A stretch of 54,108 bases of DNA, from NCBI GenBank assembly GCA_002269645.1, contig NIVC01004226.1, forward strand, positions 1 through 54,108, read 5' to 3'. This document shows positions 39,508-50,100 of this stretch, piece after piece; positions within the stretch are counted from its first letter, which is position 1, and each line of letters begins with the position of its first letter. The notes beneath the pieces are model-generated. The model was not told the origin of the DNA and ran no database searches. It saw nothing but the letters and a program-made list of their open reading frames with translations. Origin of the DNA: Macrostomum lignano. Lineage: Eukaryota. The translations under genes were made by a program, and so were the position numbers.

Positions 39508-42500
39508 ATGAGTTTCCGTGACAAACCTACTGCTCCAATCAATGATGAATTGGAGGTAATATTTTAAGCAAATTTGTTTTTTTAATGTACGAAGCACTTT
39601 TGAATTGATGTTTCAGTTGCCAAAAGATTAATGTAAGTAATTATTTTAGCCTGCTTTAATTTGATATTCCTCAAGGCGCCTTAGAAGTTTTGCTTTGGGT
39701 ACTTTTGGAGATATTTTTGGTTTATAATTTTTTAGTTAAATAATCTAAATAATATAACACTTTTCAGGTTAAAAATTTGTAGTTCTTACTTAAAAAGTCA
39801 GAAATTTCTTTATAATATGTTCAAGCTTTTATTTTCTGTAAATAGAAGACATATTTATTTATTTTATTATTGCTTCATGCATTTAGGTAAAGCCACAAAA
39901 CATGCAAAATACAACAAAAAACTATGGTGCAAATTAATAATCGAAAATATGATTAGGATATAGCTTATAGTTTCACAAAAAGGATAGTACTGGCTAAGTA
40001 CTGGCTATAAATTGTAATATAATTTTTGCACAAAAAATGAAGTTCTGCGTTAAAGACACTTTTTTAGCGATCAGTTGAAACGAATCACCGTTTGATTGCG
40101 ATAAAAGTGATATTCCATGTAAATATTAAAAGCAATTTATAGATAATGCCTTACTTATTGAAATTAACTGACTAACAGATGCAGCAGCAAGACACGCAGC
40201 AACCAGATCTGCTGGCCGACACTGCTGAGCGAAAGCGTGACTCCTGGGGCGGTAAAGCAGAATTCCTGTTCTCCTGCATCTCCTATGCCGTGGGACTGGG
40301 AAATGTTTGGCGATTTCCATACCTGTGCTACAAGGTGAGGCATATATTAATTATTGGTCTGCAGAGTATAAGTGAATGAGGACTAATTATTCCTGGATAA
40401 TTGGATAATTGATGTATATGTAGCTCGTAGATAACTGAGTAGGGGTTCAAGTACACCTGGATAATTGGCGTTACCGCGTAGATAACAGAGTAAGGGTTCA
40501 GTTACATTACACCTGGATAATTGGTGTAGATAACAGAGTGAGGGTTCAGCTACACCTGGATAATTGGTGTAGATAACAGAGTAGGGGTTCAGCTACACCT
40601 GGATAATTGGTGTTACCGTGAATAACAGAGTAGGGGTTCAGCTACACAGGAAATTTCCAGGAATTACCTGTATATTTCGATGTTAAAAGTTTCTTTGTCG
40701 AATTGTCTACTTTCTCTGAAAAAAACTTGTACCGTTAAAAAGTTCAGAAGTCCTCGAACTAGGTACGCGCGTCCTAATTAGCATGAATGTCGAATACAGA
40801 GAGCCTCTAAAAGCAATTTCGTGTAGTACATCTGATCTAAGTGGAAAAGATGAGAGTAGTCTAATGCAGAAGAAATAATTGTAAAAATGTTGCCCAAATC
40901 TTTATGGCAGAATGGCGGCGGCGCGTTCCTTCTACCGTTCCTCATCATGCTGCTCACCGTGGGCATTCCATTGCTCTACATGGAGACCTGCTTTGGACAG
41001 TACTCAGCTACAGGACCAATCACCGTGTGGAAGGCTAGCCCTCTGTTTACAGGTGAGAATAAACTTAAAAAGTCAACAAAATATGATACCAACATGCATT
41101 TTATGCTATAGTGGGTTCTGGGGAAAACACAGTGGCTCTCTTGGTGGGCGCCACTGCCTCTTGGGTGGGTGTCCCTATCTCTTAGGTTGGTGTCCCTGTC
41201 TCTTAGGTTGGTGTCCCTGTCTCTTAGGTTGGTGTCCCTGTCTCTTAGGTTGGTGTCCCTGTCTCTTAGGTTGGTGTCCCTGTCTCTTAGGTTGGTGTCC
41301 CTGTCTCTTAGGTTGGTGTCCCTGTCTCTTAGGTTGGTGTCCCTGTCTCTTAGGTTGTTGTCCCTGTCTCTTAGGTTGGTGTCCCTGTCTCTTAAGTGGG
41401 TGTCCCTGTCTCTTAGGTGGGTGTCCCTGTCTCTTAAGTGGGTGTCCCTGTCTCTTGGTGGGTGTCCCTGTCTTCTGGGTGTCCCTGTCTCTTGGGTGGG
41501 TGTACCTGTCTCTTAGGTGGGTGTCCCTGTCTCTTAGGTGGGTGTCCCTGTCTCTTAGGTGAGTGTCCCTGTCTCTTAGGTTGGTGTCCCTGTCTCTTAG
41601 GTGGGTGTCCCTGTCTCTTAGGTTGGTGTCCCTGTCTCTTAAGTGGGTGTCCCTGTCTCTTAGGTTGGTGTCCCTGTCTCTTAGGTTGGTGTCCCTGTCT
41701 CTTAAGTGGGTGTCCCTGTCTCTTAGGTGGGTGTCCCTGTCTCTTAAGTGGGTGTCCCTGTCTCTTGGTGGGTGTCCCTGACTTCTGGGTGTCCCTGTCT
41801 CTTGGGTGGGTGTCCCTGTCTCTTAGGTGGGTGTCCCTGTCTCTTAGGTGGGTGTCCCTGTCTCTTAGGTGAGTGTCCCTGTCTCTTAAGTGGGTGTCCC
41901 TGTCTCTTAGGTTGGTGTCCCTGTCTCTTAGGTTGGTGTCCCTGTCTCTTAAGTGGGTGTCCCTGTCTCTTAGGTGGGTGTCCCTGTCTCTTAAGTGGGT
42001 GTCCCTGTCTCTTGGTGGGTGTCCCTGTCTTCTGGGTGTCCCTGTCTCTTAGGTGGGTGTCCCTGTCTCTTAGGTGGGTGTCCCTGTCTCTTAGGTGGGT
42101 GTCCCTGTCTCTTAGGTGAGTGTCCCTGTCTCTTAGGTTGGTGTCCCTGTCTCTTAGGTTGGTGTCCCTGTCTCTTAGGTTGGTGTCCCTGTTTCTTAAG
42201 TGGGTGTCCCTGTCTCTTAGGTGGGTGTCCCTGTCTCTTAGGTTGGTGTCCCTGTCTCTTAGGTTGGTGTCCCTGTCTCTTAGGTTGGTGTCCCTGTCTC
42301 TTAAGTGGGTGTCCCTGTCTCTTAGGTGGGTGTCCCTGTCTCTTAGGTTGGTGTCTCTGTCTCTTAAGTGGGTGTCCCTGTCTCTTAGGTGGGTGTCCCT
42401 GTCTCTTAAGTGGGTGTCCCTGTTTCTTGGTGGGTGTCCCTGTCCTCTGGGTGTCCCTGTCTCTTGGGTGGGTGTCCCTGTCTCTTAGGTGGGTGTCCCT

Positions 42501-45500
42501 GTCTCTTAGGTGGGTGTCCCTGTCTCTTAGGTGGGTGTCCCTGTCTCTTAGGTGGGTGTCCCTGTCTCTTGGTGGGTGTCCCTGTCTTCTGGGTGTCCCT
42601 GTCTCTTGGGTGGGTGTCCCTGTCTTCTGCGTGTCCCTGTCTCTTGGGTGGGTGTCCCTGTCTTCTGGGTGTCCTTGTCTCTTAGGTTGGTTCCCTGTCT
42701 CTTAGGTGGATGTCCCTGTCTCTTAAATGGGTCTTAGGTGGGTGTCCCTGTCTCTTAGGTGGGTGTCCCTGTCTCTTAGGTGGGTGTCCCTGTCTCTTAG
42801 GTGGGTGTCCCTGTCTCTTGGTGGGTGTGTCCCTGTCTTTTAGTTTGGCACCGCTATCTCTTAGGTCGGCCGCACTCAAAAAAGCAAAACCAACTCTGGC
42901 GAACTCAAGAGTCACGTGCTCTCCTCTCAATATAGTTGTTTTGAATCAAGTTGAGTTGGAATTATCTGCCGAGTTCAACAATAAACAGCAAGATGCACAC
43001 CCAGAGGTACAGCTTCTGTATGCATAGCTAATGTGCCTAAGTGTTTTTAGTTTTGGGGGTGTGTCTCTTGAACGCGAGAGCCAAAAATGAAGCATTTATT
43101 GTTAAGCTTGAATTCTTTAACTCTGCTGGGTTTTCTATTACCCGCTCAAATATGTTTGAGCAGGTATGTGATAGCAGTTTTTTACGCCAACCCTAGTACG
43201 AGGTTACTCACCTCCATGACTCATCCTACTTGATATCAAGCCGGACTCAGGCTCCAACTCTTTTTTTGTTCTTTTACTTGCGGCCAAAACAAAATTATTG
43301 CTGTTCCTCCTTTGCGTTTGCGTGAATTTAGCGCTAGCTCGTAGCAAAGGTCAACTTCGTCAAACAGATGCATCTCTTTAGTGATTTTCAAATTTTGTGA
43401 TTTTGTGATTTTAATTTTGTGATTCTCAAAAGATAGACTTTTGCATTAAAATATTCATGACCGATAGTATCAATATTTTCTCACAGATTCTCGTGGACAT
43501 CTCTCCAATCACCTGCTGATTCTCATGGACATCTCTCATACAATCACCTGATTCTCGTGGACATCTCTCCAATCACCTGCTGATTCTCATGGACATCTCT
43601 CATACAATCACCTGATTCTCATGGACATCTCTCCAATCACCTGCTGATTCTCATGGACATCTCTCATACAATCACCTGATTCTCATGGACATCTCTCCAA
43701 TCACCTGCTGATTCTCATGGACATCTCACTCCCCACTCCCGTACAACATCTCTCAGGAGTCATTGTGATCGCCCTGGATATTTAATAAAGTTCCTAACTA
43801 CATTAAACATTAAGAAAGCACAATCTACTAATTTTATGTAATTCAACCGAACTGTATATACAACAGTAACGCACTCCCAACAATTTCCCTCATTTTTACA
43901 TAACAGGCATCGGTTGGTCGATGATTATCATCACATTTTGCGGCAGCATCTACTACAACATGCTGATCGCTTGGACGATGTTCTACTTCTGGCAGAGCAT
44001 CAGCTCAGTGACTGGCGACCTGCCCTGGACCACCTGCAGCTCCAGCTGGAACACCGGCGACTGCGTGCACATTCGCACCTTGTCGGAGCGAAATCGGTGC
44101 AGGCGTCAGGGCGGGTTCTTCGCCTTCGCTCTGAACCATAGCTGCCTGCTGCCCAACAACGCCAGCTGGGTGATGGAGTCTTCGGATGGGGCCATGAGGC
44201 CGTTTCCTGGAAACGACACGCCCGACGGTCCCGCTTTGTCGACGTTCTACGACGAAGCCACGACATTGAACTCCACGAATACCAGCCTGCTGCATAACTT
44301 TCTGGGCTCGGTGCCCGCGCCCAAGACCTCCAGCGACGAGTACTTTCAGTGAGTATCCTGCAAATGCCGCAACAGCTCAGCTGTACACGCGTCTGATTCT
44401 CGTGCCATGACACATCGGGGCGGTTGTCTTTGCTGCAAAATGCATTAACGCAATGCATGAAGATCTAGGACTAGTTTTTTAGTTTTATTTGCACAAAATC
44501 ATCCACAGTTCTCAACGTCTATCGAAACTTCCAAATTGCTTGATTAAGCAAAAATTGTGCTTTGTGCAAGGTCGATTAAAGAAGCAGCTGTTTCAGAAAT
44601 TCTGTCGATGAAGCTTGGCAAGCAAGTCGGCATTTTGATGATATGATGAATCATATGATGAATTCTAAAGTTCAGAAAAGTGATAAATGTGTCAGTTGAG
44701 TGCTGATAAGACCGTTAACAGGGCCTGAGGATTCTCATTAACTGCACGAACTCCATCTATATTAAAACTCTTATTTCAGCAATTTTGTTCTGTCCATATC
44801 GAACGGTTTCCACAATATGGGGCTACCGAAATGGGAGTTGGTGGTCTGTCTGCTGCTAGCGTGGATTGTGGTTGTCATATGCCTGATTCGCGGCATTAAA
44901 TCGGCTGGTAAGGTGAGTATTGCATTGCTTATTAATCTGCTAAGGGGTGGCATCACAAACATATATATATTTTGGGTGATATTTCGGTGATATTTCGGGT
45001 TTGTTATATTTCAGGTTTGGGATATTTGGGGTTTATGATATTTGGGGTTTGTTATATTTCGGGTTTGGGATATTTAGGGTTTGGGATATTTGGGGTTTGT
45101 GATATTTCGGGTTTGGGATATTTCGGGTATGTTATGTTTCGGGTTTGGGATATTTCGGGTTTGTGATGTTTCGGGTTTGTGCTTTTTCGGGTTTGTGATT
45201 TTTCGGGTTTGTGATGTTTCGGGTTTGTGATTTTTCGGGTTTGTGATTTTTCGGGTTTGTGATTTTTCAGGTTTGTTATATTTCGGGTTTGTTGTATTTC
45301 GGGTTTGGGATAGTTCGGGTTTGTGATATTTCGGGTTTGTGATGTTTCGGGTTTGGGAAATTTCGGGTTTATGATGTTTCGGGTTTGGGAAATTTCGGGT
45401 TTGGGAAATTTCGGGTTTGTGAAATTTCGGGTTTGGGAAATTTCGGGTTTGGGAAATTTCGGGTTTGTGATATTTCGGGTTTGTTATATTTCGGGTTTGG

Positions 45501-47087
45501 GATATTTCGGGTTTGTGATATTTCGGTTTGTGATACATGTACATGTATTTCGGATCTGTGATGGCGACCCTCTGCAAATAAGAGTTACATGTAGCCAACA
45601 ATGATTGATAGATTGTGTTGGCATGGCCGAAGTTTAACAAACGTTACTGTTCCAGTGATTGACCTAATAGTAGACATGAGTAGTTGTTAACCATTGACAA
45701 AACGATAAACTGTATGTAAAGCATTCGTTAAGCATTTTTTGCTACTATTTGTGATAAACTACTAGCAAAAACATTATTCTACCATACTATAGTATCCAAG
45801 CGCTGAATGGAACAGTCTGATTCACTCACGGTAAGCTCATTAGGTCTTCACATGTTTCAACAGATATCTAAATGAAACTGGTGGTGATTTTAGAGAATAT
45901 ATATCTAAACATACTTTTTTATAATCAGCTTTATTCTAACGATAAATTACTTTTAATGTTTGTCAGATTCTACTGAATGATTATCAGATTCTACTGAATG
46001 ATTATCAAATTATACTAAATGATTATTTCATTTACATGTAACTGCCTCATTACTAACTCATCATTAATTATTAATCCAGGGGGTTGCAGCTTAGTGGTTT
46101 GAGCGTCGGTCTCACGACTTGAAGGTCGGGGGTTCGATTCCCGATCCCACTGGAACAATTTGTGTCCTTGAGCAAGACACTTAACTCTGCATTGCTTCAG
46201 TTCACCCAGCTGTAAAATGGGTGCCAGCATTAGCTGGGGTAATTGAGGGTGTGTGGCTACCCCCCAGTCCTTGGACTGAACAGCCGTACGCAGCCTTCAG
46301 ATGCGCCGCGCAATAGCTGCGGCTGAGCTGTTGGTTGCACATCTGCCCATTTGGGGCAGGTGTAATCAATTATTATTTTTTAATTCATCAAATTCATTGA
46401 TCAATAATTAAACTTTACAAGCATTTTAAAAACCCATGGAATAACTTAATTTGTACCTTTGTAATTTACTTAAAACAATTCAGTCAGATAAATATCGAAA
46501 ACTATTCGAAATTCCTTCCACGTCAAAAGTGAGGTACTTGTGCTCTAGCCAAGTTTATTGGCCCAGCATTGCAATCCCACGCAAAGCCCAGCACGGTTCG
46601 CGCAAGCCGAATATAGAATTCTCTTGTACAGAATAGAAATCAAAACGCAAGTAAACCGAGTGCCAACAAACACTGCGTGTCTATTGTGAGAACTGGGGCT
46701 TGAACTCGAGATTATACAAGCAACGCATGGGTTTCATCATTTTGGGTAGCTTTAGGCTATATGCAGAGAATACAGTAGAGTACGGAATATAGAGACGGAA
46801 AGAAGCAAAGAACGGTAGTAGTGCGCGGCTCGTACCAGAATGAATGAGAGAAAGTCGTAAAAGCGCTTCGGATTGCACGCATGACTAAAAGCCGTCCAAC
46901 CTGAAAATGTAAAACGAGCGCGCAGAAAATTAATTTACCTGCAGCTGCTAGCAAGAGTTGCAGGAAAAACAGGGGGCGAATAAAGCACTCTGGATTTGTC
47001 AGAAGAGCTCCATTGAATGCGCTTAGCATTGAATTCAACTCTAATAGAAGCTCTAAGGCGGTGATGCAGCAAAGACAGCAGCAGCAT

Positions 47088-47130
<43 letters not shown>

Positions 47131-50100
47131 TAAAGCTGCAGGCAAAACCAGACATTGGGACCGACAGCGGCGAGGAGCTCTCGGACACCGAAGGATTCGT
47201 CTCGGACATTTGTCAGTACTGCAACTCGTCAGAGCTCAGTGATTTATTACTCATTGTTCGACGTTCAGAAGAGGACGATCTGAGCTCGGAAGAAGCTGAA
47301 GATTGCAACGAAAATGGCGGACAATTTGCACAGCTCCGGCAACGAGAATTTCACGCTCACAAATTCGTCCTAGCGAAGTCGTCCGAGTTCTTCCGGACGA
47401 TTCTGTACAGCGCGAACTGGCCGGCCCCGTCCGTGTCCGCTTCGTCCAACTTCGCCGCTGAAAGAAGCCTGTGCGAGCTGGTCGAAGATGATGCCTGTTT
47501 TCAGTGCTTTGAGCATTTCTTGCGCTTCCTGTACGCTGGTCGAGTTTTTATTAACAGGGCTACGGCGATTGGTGAGTGTGATATGCAATAAAGTCGTTGC
47601 TTTCCCTACTTCCGTTCAGTACCTGAAGTCTTTCAGGTACCCCAAACCCCAGAAACTCCGACGTACACGAACTCAATTAACTGCATCTGTTGTGTTATGA
47701 AGTTCCGCTCAACAGAAGCAAATTTGTTGGCTAGTGCATGGCTTATATATAGGCCTCCTGAAGTAGCGTTTCAGTCTATTCAGTCAGGTTCTCTGACCAC
47801 AGTTCCCCAATTTTTAACTTTTCTACACATCATTCCTCTGAATGTTAAAAAGTGAACATCAGTGCATTGGCCTTATATGCATGTACTTTCTTTGTTTTTA
47901 AGCTTCCTACATTTTTATATCTCTAAACTATTTTACTTTATTCACAACTCTGCGCATACACCTTAACTTACCAATCTAATTAATGCCTTCCGACTAACTT
48001 AACAACCTACCAGCATAACATTACAGTGCGATCTAACAACCTACTAACAGATACAAACCAAAGTCTATTATCAATCTTTCAGCCTACCTCCCTAACCTAC
48101 TAAACTGCCTACCCATGCTTACATACATGTACTTACAACGCATCCGTAAACTATAGAAAATCTTTCCTTCCACCAACACAGGCCTACTACGCCTAGCCGA
48201 CAAGTACCAGGTGTGGTCGTTGAGACAACAGACGGAGCAATTCATGACGGAAAATGCCCAGCCACCAAACATACGCAACGCCGTTTTATGGTATCCCTGG
48301 CGAAACACCTGCAGCTGGATAAACTGGCAGCCACCTGCTTTAACACCGTCTGCTGGAATGCTAAACAGGCTGTCGAGCTGGACGAGTTTCTCGAGGTTGG
48401 TCCCGATTTCGTCCGGGACCTGTTGCACACAGGCAAGCTGGTGATAGAAGACGAATACGCTGTACTGCGACAGCTGCTACTGCCATGGCTGGGCGTTGGC
48501 GACAGATTTCAACGATACGTCGTAGAGATGCTGCCAATGATTCGATTCCCGATGATGTCGGCTAAACAACTCTGGGAGCTGGAGTCATCGAGGTGAAGAC
48601 TCGGTTTTAACTCTGCAACTGAAAGTTCGTCTTAGGAACTTAGCTTCATCAACAAGCAAACCATAAAAGCCATAAAATCAATACTACGAGGTGTTTTGAA
48701 AGGGTTATAAGAGAATAAGATTGAGCTCTTACGTCAACTCAAGCCTATCGATTTTTCATTTGCAATACCTCTTGGGCTGACTGAGACATAGAGACGTCAG
48801 ACTAATTTTCATATTTTACGGTCGGTACCAGAACTAAGTATTTTTTATTAGAGGCAGGGGCTGTGTGCACACGTACCCTGGCGCACTTTAAGCGACATTG
48901 TCGCACAACCGACGAGAAGCATTGCTGCCCATTCCGCCGACTCCTCTGAGGAGGATACGTAGGCAGTCATGCGCACAGGCACATACATAGAAGTGTACAG
49001 CGGCCCTAACTTTATTTATCGTTAGGCATGTACACTTCACTGTGCCTTGGGGTTGGCCCTCATGGATGTGAATTGCACGAACAGAGCCAAGCCGAGATTC
49101 CAATTTAGCCCCAAATTGATGTCACTGCACTTGGAATCGAGCGCCGCGCTGGACCACTGAGATAGAAAAGTTTTTTCAAAGACCAAATTTAATTTTTACA
49201 GCCTCAGTCAGACGGAAGAGTCCAACAAGCTCCTAGGCGACTTGATCGCCAAAGCCTATCGCTACAGAGCACTGTGCCCCTGGCAACACGAGCTCAAACA
49301 GGCCGAATTTTCTAGTAAATTCTATCGACCGAGAAGCTACATGTGCCTGGCTGTGGACAATATCAAAGTTGGCAACACAATGCGCTTCGGTTTACAGGTA
49401 ATTAATTGATCAATAAAATTAAACTGGGACACAAGATGAGAGTGTTGTATCACTTAAGCAGCAGGGTAGTCGTGTTCTTCTTGGATTAACTAGGGTACAT
49501 ATACTAGCACTCTCCTTAAGGTCGGGGTTTCGATTCCCGATCCCACTGGAACAATTTGTGTCCTTGAGCAAGACACTTAACTCTGCATTGCTTCAGTTCA
49601 CCCAGCTGTAAAATGGGTGCCAGCATTAGCTGGGGGTAATTGAGGGTGTGTGTGGCGACTGAACAGCCGTATGCAGCCTTCAGGTGCGTCGCGTAATAGC
49701 AGCGGCTGAGCTGTCGATGGCAAATCTGGCCTAACTGGCCTATTAAATTATTAATGCCCTAACAGAAAAACAATATGAATTATAGTTTCAGCTTTTATTT
49801 ACTCCACCTTGCCTTACTGGCTTCAGCTACCCTGCAGTGTGTTTCCATATTTGCTTAAGCTTTTCATCGGTAGCTATTCTATTTTTATCGTTCTTTTCAA
49901 GTAATAGTGACCTCGCGAGAAGGTCCACTTGGCTGTGGATCACGTGATATTTCTCTAATTAAGTTTCTTTTCCTAGTGTCCACATGCGCCTATAGATACC
50001 TAGTTGATACTTCAATACTCCGCTGGTAGCTACTTGAAGTAATGTTTAGTTGACTTGGTTGACCATAGTTGAAAAAATTAAGTGTCTTTAGTCTTTATGA

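Noticed and set aside
41135-42835. Cys-rich keratin-associated or metallothionein-like ORFs (also 1563-2741, 12868-13331, 35409-35899, 44973-45531)
   Set aside because: Intronic or intergenic minisatellite translations.
46079-46150. tRNA gene
   Set aside because: The tRNA-like head runs directly into a CORE-like body duplicated at 49518, so it is a SINE head.
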